Source: Coleofasciculus chthonoplastes F2-STO-03 (GTDB taxonomy: Bacteria; Cyanobacteriota; Cyanobacteriia; Cyanobacteriales; Coleofasciculaceae). From it: a DNA stretch of 46,367 bases. Of this stretch, positions 10,799 through 20,537 are shown one piece after another. Location: the NCBI GenBank assembly GCA_040222015.1, contig JAVJWO010000175.1, positions 1 through 46,367 of the forward strand. Direction: 5' to 3'. The notes under the pieces were generated by a model that saw nothing but the letters and a program-made list of their open reading frames with translations, made no database searches and was not told the DNA's origin. The translations under genes and the position numbers were made by a program. Numbering within the stretch: position 1 is the stretch's first letter; the number at the start of each line of letters is the position of its first letter.

Positions 10799-11570
10799 GG
10801 ATTGGGCTTTTGACTATTGAAACTCATTCAGACGTAGTTTGAGCCAAGCCAGGAACAGATTAACGGTAATTATACACTCTTGCTTTGCCGCACGGCAGAA
10901 CTCATTGAGACCTGAGTTCGATGTAGCAAGGGGGACTGAAAACCAAACTTGACAATGATTCTATCGATTAATCGTGTTTATTGAGAATACCCTGGGCGGA
11001 ATAGCTCCAACTTGGAAAAGTTGAAATTTTGGAATACTCGTTGTCCTCAAGTCGTGACACAATTAGAAATTCAACGGTACGATCCATCTCGATAGTGGGG
11101 ATTTTTTCCCAGATTGGGAATCCGATAAAGGTACACCAAACTGTCGGTAACCCAAGCTTGCGCCCTCACATCGGGATTCCGGGAAACAGGGAATTTCTGT
11201 CGTCAGATTGACTTTGTTAAGTTTTGTAAAAAAATAATTCAGTCCTTGTTTTGTATGATGCAATTAATCTATACTTAACCCTGGCATAAACGTTAGATCG
11301 CCTGATCTTAATTGTGACTCTGCCTAACAATCACTTTTGCACCCCGATCGGTAACAACTCCAAACAAGTACTCTGACGAATAAAGTGTGGGCTTCAGAAG
11401 CAGTTTTTTCCAAGAGCCTGAGTACTTTTTAACCTCAGAAGCACTACGTTATTTGAGAATGTAGAGATGCGTTATGGCGTGTCTGTCATAGCTGTGATGG
11501 CATGGCTTTTACCTGTTGTTTTCCAACATCTCTATCGTTTGAGTTAACTGTTTAGAAAGGTGAAATAGCG

Positions 11571-11951
11571 GTGAACTCCGAGAAAATTTCCTGTTACCTG
11601 AATCGCTTGGATCATAGAGGTTCATTTTTGGGGCTGATCAATCAAGGCTCTTGGCAAGAAGTAAATTTTGTCGCCACCCAGGCGGGTCAAGTTCGGGGGG
11701 GTCATTTTCATACCAGAACCCACGAAGTCATCTTTTTAGTGCGTGGGAAAGCCGAGGTAGAACTGCAACATTGCCATAATCCCCAGCAAAAAGAACAATT
11801 TATTTTGAACTCAGGGGAAGGCATTCAAATCAAGCCTTACATGCTGCACACCTTGCGTTATTTAGAAGACAGTGAGCAAGTTGCCCTATTAGATGTTCCC
11901 TTTGATCCGGAAAATCCTGATCTTCACACCTTGGCTGCAATTAACTCATAA
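11571..11951 (+). CDS. Cupin, WxcM/FdtA-like NDP-sugar 3,4-ketoisomerase
   Basis: DHRG, VRGGHFH and H-x-L cupin motifs; directly upstream of a DegT aminotransferase. Confidence 0.7.
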   Translation: MNSEKISCYLNRLDHRGSFLGLINQGSWQEVNFVATQAGQVRGGHFHTRTHEVIFLVRGKAEVELQHCHNPQQKEQFILNSGEGIQIKPYMLHTLRYLEDSEQVALLDVPFDPENPDLHTLAAINS

Positions 11952-12056
11952 GGCAAGTCGAAATTATATGGATTGGCTAGATAAGTTTAATCCGTTCTCG
12001 TCGGAAAAAGGCTAGAGCAAGTCTCTTCGTACAAATATTTGGGAAAAAGATAAGCG

Positions 12057-13190
12057 ATGATTCCTCAAATTCAACCGTGGATCGATGATAGTGAATGGCT
12101 CGAAGTTAAACGGGTTATCGAATCAACGTACTTAACCGAAAATAAAGTTACAGCGAAGTTTGAAGAAGGGATTAAAGAATTAACCGGGGCAAAACACGCG
12201 ATCGCGGTTTGCAATGGTACCGCCGCATTGTATTGTGCCTTAAAGGCTCTAGACATTGGTCATGGGGATGAAGTGATTGTCCCCAACTTAACCTTCGTGG
12301 CGTCCGCGAATGCCGTAATTATGGCAGGCGCCAAGCCCATTTTTTGTCCGGTAAAAGCCGATACCCTGTGCATTGATGTAGACGCCGCCGCTGGGTTAGT
12401 CACAGACAAAACCAAAGCGATCATGCCCGTGCATTTGTATGGTCAAAGTGCGGATATGGACGCCGTATTGACCTTTGCGAACCGATTTGAATTAAAAATA
12501 ATTGAAGATGCCGCTCAGGCAATTGGAGTTGAGTTTAACAATCGCCATGTCGGCTACTACGGAGACGCTGGTGCTTTTTCCTTCTATGGCAACAAAACCA
12601 TGACCTGTGGTGAAGGCGGGATTATCCTCACCAATAGTGATCGTATTGCCCAAACCTGTCGCCGCCTGAAAAATCATGGTCGCTCCCATCGAGGTACCTT
12701 TGTCCATGAACATATTGGCTTTAACTTTGCCATGACGGAAATGCAGGCGGCTGTTGGTATCGCCCAGCTCCGAAAATTGCCTGCCATTATTGAGCGCAAA
12801 CGGCAAATTTATCACGCCTATATCACCGGTTTAGCCGATGTCCCCCAGTTACAACCTGTCTTTATTGATCCACGCTGTAAACCCGTCCATTGGTTTACCT
12901 CGTTTTATGCCGAAAACCGGGCTGAACTCGCTGACTATTTAGCCGATCAAGGGATTCAAACCCGACTCTTTTTCTGTCCACTCCATCTCCAACCGTGCTA
13001 TCAAGGCTGGGCTGATCCCCAGATGAATTATCCGGTGAGTACATCCGTCTATGAGCAAGGGATTTCTTTACCTTCGGCGTATGGTTTGACTGACGATGAG
13101 CAAGAGTTCATCATTGCCCAAATTCGTCAATTTTATCAGCTTAAGACTTCTGCAAAACCTTTAGCCGTAGGGTGTGTTAGCGAAGCGTAA
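12057..13190 (+). CDS. DegT/DnrJ/EryC1/StrS NDP-sugar aminotransferase
   Basis: NGTAAL, IMPVHLYG, IEDAAQAIG, FSFYGNKTMTCGEGG (PLP lysine). Confidence 0.93.
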   Translation: MIPQIQPWIDDSEWLEVKRVIESTYLTENKVTAKFEEGIKELTGAKHAIAVCNGTAALYCALKALDIGHGDEVIVPNLTFVASANAVIMAGAKPIFCPVKADTLCIDVDAAAGLVTDKTKAIMPVHLYGQSADMDAVLTFANRFELKIIEDAAQAIGVEFNNRHVGYYGDAGAFSFYGNKTMTCGEGGIILTNSDRIAQTCRRLKNHGRSHRGTFVHEHIGFNFAMTEMQAAVGIAQLRKLPAIIERKRQIYHAYITGLADVPQLQPVFIDPRCKPVHWFTSFYAENRAELADYLADQGIQTRLFFCPLHLQPCYQGWADPQMNYPVSTSVYEQGISLPSAYGLTDDEQEFIIAQIRQFYQLKTSAKPLAVGCVSEA

Positions 13191-13196
13191 CGCACC
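13167..13196. repeat. 30-bp GTAG REP-like unit GTAGGGTGTGTTAGCGAAGCGTAACGCACC, supplying the aminotransferase stop codon
   Basis: Exact reverse complement of 23417-23446. Confidence 0.85.
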
Positions 13197-13214
13197 CCAT
13201 TGGTTGTCAAGAAT

Positions 13215-13332
13215 GTAGGGGCGGGTTTGACAGATAACTTATGGCGACAACTTTGTCGGGGCGGGTTTAGTCATATCTCTTGTGCAACCCTAAATGATAG
13301 TAGTAAAACCAGCCCCTACACTAAACCCGCCC
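13215..13332. repeat. Nested REP-like inverted repeats (GTAGGGGCGGGTTT x2 ... AAACC(A/C)GCCC x2)
   Basis: Two forward and two reverse half-units. Confidence 0.75.
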
Positions 13333-13352
13333 TTGGGGAAACATTATGAACT

Positions 13353-14330
13353 ATGAACGAGCAAAACCTGGTTGAGTCTCCAGCTTCTGAATATCTTGAG
13401 TATCGAGATCAGGTGGCTGCAGCGGTTGCTGATTTACCTCACAGTAAAGCCCTGGCGGAGGCGCTAATCACCGATCGCAATGTTCTGCACTTGGTTTATC
13501 CCGATGACGTGACAGGCGTGAGTCGAATTCAGGTGCGGCAAGGGCATGGTCCAAAAAGTCTAGATAATGACGCGATCGACACTCACTTCCACGCCTACCT
13601 CGACACCGTAATTAATCCCCAAATTCGCTCCGGTATCCTCACCGATGGCACCCATCCAGGAGACTATGACGATCGCAAACTGCGTTGGTCCGGCGCTGGA
13701 GTCGCTGGATTTTGGTTTCGCCATCAGGATATCTTCACTCTAGAGGTTGGTCCGACTAGCTATCCTCGTTATCGATTGGATTTAGATCGTCATCCCTTGG
13801 CGGCGCTAAAGCTGATGCAGCAAGGGCTAGAAAAGTATCACGATCCCTATGCTTATTTTGCCCGGGGAATTGGGGTAGCTGTTGTCCCCCTGACGACGGA
13901 TGGCAGTGTCTATATTGGCGAGCGATCGGCTCATGTTGATTACCCCGGTGTTCTTAATTTTGTGGCAGGTTTGGCGACATTTTATGACAGGGTTGAAGAG
14001 ATTAACTTCTATCAGGATGCTCAACGAGAGCTGTGGGAAGAAATCGGCGTGGCGATGACTTTAGATGAGCGGAATACTCAGTTTATTGGTATGTCGGGAA
14101 ATCCGCTAACTGGAGAGGTGGACTTGGTTTTCGTCGTCCAAACCCAAATGTGCGATCGCTATTTCCAGTCTGGGCAATGGCAAGAACATTCTCGATTGGT
14201 TCGCATTGGTAATAAAACTGAAGCTGAAGCGCTGCTGGAACAGGGGCGGTTACCTGGAGCCAAAGAACCCAAATCCTTGATGTTTTCCTCTCGGTTTGGC
14301 TTAGAATACTTGGTTCAAAAGTATTGGTAA
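13353..14330 (+). CDS. Nudix-fold protein with a large N-terminal domain
   Basis: Nudix-box-like AG...AQRELWEEIGV, preceded by VVPLTTDGSVYIGERS. Confidence 0.7.
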   Translation: MNEQNLVESPASEYLEYRDQVAAAVADLPHSKALAEALITDRNVLHLVYPDDVTGVSRIQVRQGHGPKSLDNDAIDTHFHAYLDTVINPQIRSGILTDGTHPGDYDDRKLRWSGAGVAGFWFRHQDIFTLEVGPTSYPRYRLDLDRHPLAALKLMQQGLEKYHDPYAYFARGIGVAVVPLTTDGSVYIGERSAHVDYPGVLNFVAGLATFYDRVEEINFYQDAQRELWEEIGVAMTLDERNTQFIGMSGNPLTGEVDLVFVVQTQMCDRYFQSGQWQEHSRLVRIGNKTEAEALLEQGRLPGAKEPKSLMFSSRFGLEYLVQKYW

Positions 14331-14367
14331 ACGATTTAACGGTCACAAATTTGGAAGCAAGCTATCT

Positions 14368-16014
14368 ATGTCATTTTCAGGGAGAGAGCAATGGATCAGA
14401 TATATTTTTGGATTAGCTGCTATCACCTTTATTGCTCACTTTTGGCAATACCAGAATCTGGGTTTGTATGAAGATGATTATTTTTTAATCGCTCAGCCAA
14501 TGTCCATGAACATGGACGAAGTTGGTGATTTCATGACCTGGCATATTTTCAACTTCAATGCCACCGAAGCCCGTCCTCTGCTTTATATTATTGAGTTTTC
14601 TGTTGGTTTCTTAGGTAAGTTAATTGGAGATTTCCATGGGCTTTACTGGATTAATTATGGTGTTATTTTAATTAACAATATTTTGGTGGGTGTTTTTCTT
14701 AAATCCCTTTGGAATCAACCGATTTTTGTGATAACTGGAACCCTAGGGTTTACCCTATTTCCAGCAGAAACCACTCACGCTTATTTAACTCATATCTCTC
14801 TCTATTCTTCTTTAACCCTTTTACTTCTGGCTTTTCTTAGCTATTTGTCCCACAAAAAACTATTGTCATACTTGCTTATTTTTTCGTCGCTTTTATGCTA
14901 TGAAACGGTGTTTCCCGTTTTTATTACGGCTCCCCTATTTAAAAACAAGTGGGATAGAACCCTGTTCCAGAAGATGCTCAGACATACCCTGATTTTGGCA
15001 GCGATGTTAGGCGTAATTGTTATCGCGCGAAAGATAACAGGTGAATCCAGAATTGAACAGCTAGATTTTATGACACTGCTTTGGACTCCGGTTCGTCAAA
15101 TGCTGATTGGTCCAGTTGTCAGTTTGAGTATGTTTTTCTATCGTCCGACTCAGACGTTGCTCAATCTAAACGGAGAATTATTAATCATTGTACCTTTATT
15201 TTTTGTCGGGTTTATTTTACTTTTATCGAACCTAAAAACTAAACCTGATCCGGATTTTTATACGGACGAAACTATCACAGTTTTGTCACCGATTAAAAAA
15301 TTAACCGTTTTGGGACTAACCTTGTTAATCTTGGCTTATCCCTTAAATTTTACCCGTGCCGCCACGGCAATTAATGGGCGAGATTCGCGGGTACATATGA
15401 CCGCCGCGATCGGAGCCGCTATTCTGGTGGGTTTGTTTTGTTACCTAATCGTTAATATAGCTAAACATAAGATAACTCAAACTATCGTTAATAGCGGGTT
15501 AGCGGTATTTTTCTCCTTATTAGTCGGATTTTGCATAACAGTACAGCACGAAAATCAGCTCAGTTGGGACTATCAACGAGCATTTTGGACAGACGTGATT
15601 CACCTTTGTCCAGATATTACGCCAAACACGATTATTTTAGTGGATGCTCCTCTAAATACAGGAAAACAGTTACACTCGTTTATTCAATGGGGTGTACCGA
15701 TGACATTGAGGCAAATTTATAAATTTCCTAAAACCTGGGAGCGTCTTGATGAATTACCGAAAACTGATGATCAGCCGAGATGGTACTTTTGGCGCAAGTA
15801 CACACTTTATCCCAAAGTCTATCGGTTAAAGCCCAATTGGCAAGACTTAATCGTCAATCAAGGTCAATTCGATTTCAGTCCTAAAAACAAGGCGTTTGAT
15901 TATTTTCTCCAATGGGAAACCCCCCGTCTTGTTGATAGTCATGATATTATTTTGTTAGAAGCCAAAAATGGTAAATTAGTCCGCCAAATTAAACCGTTAA
16001 TGATTGGTAATTGA
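14368..16014 (+). CDS. Polytopic membrane protein, putative GT-C fold glycosyltransferase; possible premature TGA
   Basis: GLYEDD acidic loop after TM1, RPL, many TM helices and a soluble C-terminal domain; the frame stays open for 40 more codons after TGA, to TAA 16135-16137. Confidence 0.6.
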   Translation: MSFSGREQWIRYIFGLAAITFIAHFWQYQNLGLYEDDYFLIAQPMSMNMDEVGDFMTWHIFNFNATEARPLLYIIEFSVGFLGKLIGDFHGLYWINYGVILINNILVGVFLKSLWNQPIFVITGTLGFTLFPAETTHAYLTHISLYSSLTLLLLAFLSYLSHKKLLSYLLIFSSLLCYETVFPVFITAPLFKNKWDRTLFQKMLRHTLILAAMLGVIVIARKITGESRIEQLDFMTLLWTPVRQMLIGPVVSLSMFFYRPTQTLLNLNGELLIIVPLFFVGFILLLSNLKTKPDPDFYTDETITVLSPIKKLTVLGLTLLILAYPLNFTRAATAINGRDSRVHMTAAIGAAILVGLFCYLIVNIAKHKITQTIVNSGLAVFFSLLVGFCITVQHENQLSWDYQRAFWTDVIHLCPDITPNTIILVDAPLNTGKQLHSFIQWGVPMTLRQIYKFPKTWERLDELPKTDDQPRWYFWRKYTLYPKVYRLKPNWQDLIVNQGQFDFSPKNKAFDYFLQWETPRLVDSHDIILLEAKNGKLVRQIKPLMIGN

Positions 16015-16201
16015 GTGTTTGAATTTAAACCTGTTTCTCCGTCAACACTTGATTCCTTTCAACGCGGGGTTCTCTATAATTCTTTAATCAAACCCGATAA
16101 TCAAGCTCAAATTAATTATTTTAACCAGGTGTTTTAACAAATCAATCGCTTGTTTTAAATAACGAACATAAAACGTTTAATTTTTCGATAGTGAGACGAC
16201 A

Positions 16202-17368
16202 ATGATAACAATTAAAACAATTGCTACGGTAACAAAAGACTGTGACGTAACCATTAAAGTTCCGGCGAGCATTCCTCCTGGAGAACACAAAATGGTGCTA
16301 ACGGTAGATGATAAATTAATCGCCGCTCCAACCATCCTGTCAGCCGACGACGCCTTGGCTGAGTTTAGAGCGACGATGGAATCAAGTTTAGAGTCTGTCG
16401 AATTGTCCGTTGTCGTGCCTTTTCACAATGAAGAGTCAAATATTGACCACCTATTTGAGCGGCTATTTTTCGTTCTCAATCGACTCAATCTGACGTATGA
16501 AATTATCTGTGTCGATGATGGCAGCAAGGATAATACGCTAAAGTGTTTGATTGCTCATCACCAGCGAAATCCAGCGATTAAAGTCGTCAGTCTCTCCCGG
16601 AATTTTGGCAAAGAAGTTGCCTTGACAGCGGGGATTGATCACTCTCAGGGAAAAGCCGTTATCCCCATCGATGCGGATCTTCAAGATCCGCCAGAACTTA
16701 TTGAACAACTGATTAATAAGTGGCGCGAGGGGTATGATATTGTTTATGCTAAGCGTCATTTACGCTTAGATGATAGTTGGCTAAAACGCTTAACTGCTCA
16801 AGCTTTTTATTATACAATAGGCAAGTTAAGTCATGTAGATATTCCTGCCAATGTGGGTGATTTTCGCTTATTAGATCGGCGCGTTGTCCAAGCCTTGAAA
16901 CAGATGCCGGAACGCACTCGTTTTATGAAAGGTGTCTTTGCGTGGGTTGGTTTCAAACAATGCTCCATCCTCTATGATCGCCAACCCCGTTACCAAGGAC
17001 AAACCACGTGGAATTATTGGAAACTTTGGAATTTTGCCCTAGATGGAATTATCTCGTTTAGCAACATTCCGCTAAAAATTTGGACGTATGTGGGATTTTC
17101 GTTGGCGGTTTTTGCCTTCTTGTATGCCACGTTTTTGATTATTTTTACCCTAATTGTGGGAATTATGGTACCTGGCTATATGTCGTTAATTGTCGTTGTC
17201 CTCTTTATCGGCGGTGTACAGTTAATCGGGTTAGGCATAATTGGGGAATATTTGGGACGAGTTCATGAAGAGGTTAAACAACGTCCCCTCTATTTAATTC
17301 AAGATCATCACGGTTTTACCAAAGTGCTGAAAAGCCAAAGTATAAGAACGTCAATACCAATGAGGTAG
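16202..17368 (+). CDS. GtrB-like polyprenyl-phosphate glycosyltransferase (GT2) with an extra N-terminal domain
   Basis: DDGSKD, LSRNFGKEVALTAG, IDADLQDPP, GDFRLLDR, two C-terminal TMs, IGEYLGR..E..RP.Y. Confidence 0.9.
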   Translation: MITIKTIATVTKDCDVTIKVPASIPPGEHKMVLTVDDKLIAAPTILSADDALAEFRATMESSLESVELSVVVPFHNEESNIDHLFERLFFVLNRLNLTYEIICVDDGSKDNTLKCLIAHHQRNPAIKVVSLSRNFGKEVALTAGIDHSQGKAVIPIDADLQDPPELIEQLINKWREGYDIVYAKRHLRLDDSWLKRLTAQAFYYTIGKLSHVDIPANVGDFRLLDRRVVQALKQMPERTRFMKGVFAWVGFKQCSILYDRQPRYQGQTTWNYWKLWNFALDGIISFSNIPLKIWTYVGFSLAVFAFLYATFLIIFTLIVGIMVPGYMSLIVVVLFIGGVQLIGLGIIGEYLGRVHEEVKQRPLYLIQDHHGFTKVLKSQSIRTSIPMR

Positions 17369-17376
17369 ATGTAGCC

Positions 17377-18126
17377 ATGGATGCTCAAATGTACCAGCAA
17401 ATGATGGAACTCCAAGACAAACATTGGTGGTTTGTCGCACGACGGTTGATTATCGAGCAAGTAATCCAGACATTAAAATTACCCGAATCCGCAGAAATTT
17501 TTGAAGTCGGCTGCGGCACCGGAGGAAACTTAGAAATGCTTGCTCGCTATGGTGAAGTTTCTGCGATGGAGTTAGATGAAACAGCACGTCTTTTTGCCAG
17601 TGATCTTAAACTCGGAGAGATTCAACCGGGTTGCTTACCCGATGATATTCCCTTCCCTGATAAAACCTTTGATCTGATTGTACTATTAGATGTTTTGGAG
17701 CATTTGGAAGACGCTACAGGATCGTTGCAAGCGTTATCTAAAAAACTTAAACCCTCTGGCTGGTTGTTAATTACTGTCCCGGCTTATCCTTGGCTTTGGA
17801 CTCAACAGGATGAACTCCTGCATCATAAGCGTCGATACCTGCGACGGAATTTGCAGCAAGTTGTTGGTGGTGCGAGTTATCGGGTACAGTTCAGTAGTTA
17901 CTTTAATTTTTTCTTGTTTCCTTTAATTACTGGAGGACGACTCCTGCTAACGTTGTTAAATAAAAACGAGAATGAGCTAGTTATGCCACCAACGCTGATA
18001 AATCAACTGTTAATTAACGTATTTGCTTTTGAGCGCTATTTGATTCGTCGTTTACTTCTCCCGTTTGGGGTATCAATTATGCTTTTAGCTCAAAGAACTG
18101 AGTTAGAGCATATCGCCCAAGTTTAA
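17377..18126 (+). CDS. Class I SAM-dependent methyltransferase
   Basis: HWWFVARR, EVGCGTG, LLDVLEH, LITVPA...HHKRRY; this family is often found beside gtrAB genes. Confidence 0.88.
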   Translation: MDAQMYQQMMELQDKHWWFVARRLIIEQVIQTLKLPESAEIFEVGCGTGGNLEMLARYGEVSAMELDETARLFASDLKLGEIQPGCLPDDIPFPDKTFDLIVLLDVLEHLEDATGSLQALSKKLKPSGWLLITVPAYPWLWTQQDELLHHKRRYLRRNLQQVVGGASYRVQFSSYFNFFLFPLITGGRLLLTLLNKNENELVMPPTLINQLLINVFAFERYLIRRLLLPFGVSIMLLAQRTELEHIAQV

Positions 18127-18324
18127 GTTTTCAACTGGCTGAACCGCTTACCTTTAGCCAATTTATTGGGTCGAATAACTTGCCCAAAAAGAAAAAATGT
18201 TGTATAATTTTAATCTCTATATATTGTGTCAAAAAATAGAGTGTACTATGGATAAAATTTTATCAATCATTCAAGACAATATCTTTATACTAGGGATTAT
18301 TGAAAATGTTACTCGGGGGAAACT

Positions 18325-19929
18325 ATGTTATCAAACTCAAAAACTAGCAAATTTTACCAAGACCAATTAATTTTCTATACAATCATAATATCTGGATTAT
18401 TTTGCCTTATCCTCTTGGTTGATCATTTTCTTCTGGATACGTTTGCTGCGCCAGGGCAATATACATCGTCAGAGCCTGAGTGGAATGCGGATCGTTTAAC
18501 TATGGCATTTTTTGGGAAATACAAATTCAATTTGTATAATCCTGAAGATAGTGTGAGACCCCTGATTAGTGATATGTATGGACCATTACTGGCTTTGGCT
18601 TATTTGCCTGCGACAATCGCTAATTCTCCCACATGGGCGCTTGTTTTAGGTAAATTAATGTCACTAGTATTTTTCTTTATTCCCGTAATTTGGTTATATG
18701 TGAGTGAAATTTGGCAAAAGCAAAAGTTATCCTTATCTATACTCGCCTTAATTGCTTTTTTCTTTTTTACAACAGATATAAGAGCATTATCTTATGATGC
18801 TTTTAGGATTTGTGCGGATTGTCCGGCTTTAGGATTTTCCGCCTTAGCTTGCATCATCATTTACAAAGAACAAAACAAAAGTGAAATTCCTTTATACAAG
18901 TTATTAATCAGTGCCATTTTTGCTGTTTTCGCGGTGTGGACTAAGCAAATTGCTGTCCCGATATTAATTTCTTTGCCACTCTATATAATTCTGGCTTATG
19001 ACACTAAAACTTTTCAACGGTATTTGGCGTGTTTAGTCACCAGCGGAGTTGTCATTTCTGGCATTTTAATCATTGCCTTTAATCCGCAAGGATTATTATT
19101 TAATATGATTACCATTCCCAGTCATCAACCTTGGGAAGGCGGCGATAATAAACTATCGGTTATTTTATCAGGGGCAGAAGAATTAGCTGGCTATTGTCTT
19201 TTACAAGGTGTTATCGTCGGCATTGGCATTTTACTAACTGTACCCAATGACCTTCAGAAAATAAAAGATTGGATCAAAGAAAATCCTTGGATTTTATTTT
19301 TCATTGTCAGTTTATTTTTTATTCCAACTTCTTTATTGGGTCGAGTAAAAGTTGGCGGAGATGCAAATGGAATGTATACGGTTTACTTTTTAACGCTTAC
19401 GGCTAATTTAGTTTTATTACAAAAAGCCACAACTTTATCCACAGAATCAGGCAGAGAAATTTTACAACGTATCAGTCAAACAGGGTTACTAACTATAGTA
19501 ATTATGTTAACAATTTATAATTTAAATCTACCCATTCAGAATATTTATAAAACATTACCTAATTTTTTCAATAATGTTCATCAAGTCGTGTATGACTATT
19601 CTCGCAACCATCCCGGTCAAGTATATTTTCCTTGGCATCCCTTATCGGTTCTCATGGCAGAAAATAAACTCTATCATATTGATTCGGGTCCGTTTGATCG
19701 GTATTTAGCTGGATGTCCGATTAGTCAAGAGGATTTTCTAGCTTATATCCCTGAAAATTTTACCATGATAGCGATACCCGCTTGGGCTGAGGAAAGAGGC
19801 GAGTACGGGAAATTTTATCTTCATTATTTACCCGATTTTACTCAGAAGATTGAAGTGCCAGATTTATCGGGTTTTGTTGTCTACACGAAAGCTTCGAACC
19901 AGAACGTCTCTGATGTAAAAATGCCTTGA
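18325..19929 (+). CDS. Polytopic membrane protein, putative GT-C (ArnT/PMT-like) glycosyltransferase
   Basis: MYGP, R..D and WTKQ motifs in a multi-TM protein next to gtrA/gtrB-like genes. Confidence 0.6.
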   Translation: MLSNSKTSKFYQDQLIFYTIIISGLFCLILLVDHFLLDTFAAPGQYTSSEPEWNADRLTMAFFGKYKFNLYNPEDSVRPLISDMYGPLLALAYLPATIANSPTWALVLGKLMSLVFFFIPVIWLYVSEIWQKQKLSLSILALIAFFFFTTDIRALSYDAFRICADCPALGFSALACIIIYKEQNKSEIPLYKLLISAIFAVFAVWTKQIAVPILISLPLYIILAYDTKTFQRYLACLVTSGVVISGILIIAFNPQGLLFNMITIPSHQPWEGGDNKLSVILSGAEELAGYCLLQGVIVGIGILLTVPNDLQKIKDWIKENPWILFFIVSLFFIPTSLLGRVKVGGDANGMYTVYFLTLTANLVLLQKATTLSTESGREILQRISQTGLLTIVIMLTIYNLNLPIQNIYKTLPNFFNNVHQVVYDYSRNHPGQVYFPWHPLSVLMAENKLYHIDSGPFDRYLAGCPISQEDFLAYIPENFTMIAIPAWAEERGEYGKFYLHYLPDFTQKIEVPDLSGFVVYTKASNQNVSDVKMP

Positions 19930-19984
19930 AATTTATCATTAATAATGGTATGTTTAGTTGATCAAGTCGGCTGTGGAGTAATCA

Positions 19985-20491
19985 ATGCCAGAAACAGGAT
20001 TTTCGTCAAAAATTGTTAAATTCATGATCGGCGGAGGTGTGACAACCTTATTTAATCTCATCTTAATTTTTCTACTGATTGACTGCTGGGGATGGAATAC
20101 TCTTCTACTCCACAATGTCGCCAATGCTGTCTCAATTGAACTGTCTGTGTTATTGAGTTTTTTCATTTACCGCCTTTGGGTATGGACAGAAGGAGAATGG
20201 ACGATTAAAAATGTTTTATTTAAGCAAATCCCCCTGTTTCATGTAGCGGCGGGAACGGTGATCGCTTCTCGAATTCTTTTTCTATTTCCGCTATTAGATT
20301 ATTTCAATGTTGATCCAAAAATCAATACATTGGCTGGTGGTTTATTGGGTGCTGCGTTGAACTATGTGATCAGCGATCGCCTTGTATTTAAAAATGATAG
20401 TACCGATAAACAAACAGAAACTTTTAATCCCCAAAAACAGGAAAATTATTTATACTTATCTACTCAGGTTTCAGACTCAAATGATTATTGA
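19985..20491 (+). CDS. GtrA family lipid-linked sugar translocase
   Basis: Four TMs; KFMIGG...ANAVSIELSVLLSFFIYRLWVW...NYVISDRLVFK. Confidence 0.85.
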   Translation: MPETGFSSKIVKFMIGGGVTTLFNLILIFLLIDCWGWNTLLLHNVANAVSIELSVLLSFFIYRLWVWTEGEWTIKNVLFKQIPLFHVAAGTVIASRILFLFPLLDYFNVDPKINTLAGGLLGAALNYVISDRLVFKNDSTDKQTETFNPQKQENYLYLSTQVSDSNDY

Positions 20492-20537
20492 TAAATATCC
20501 GCATGAGGCAAAGCACTATTGACATTTTAATTTTTAT

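Noticed and set aside
11063..11263. 66-aa ORF upstream of araC as a precursor peptide
   Set aside because: No clear RBS, leader motif or adjacent RiPP maturase
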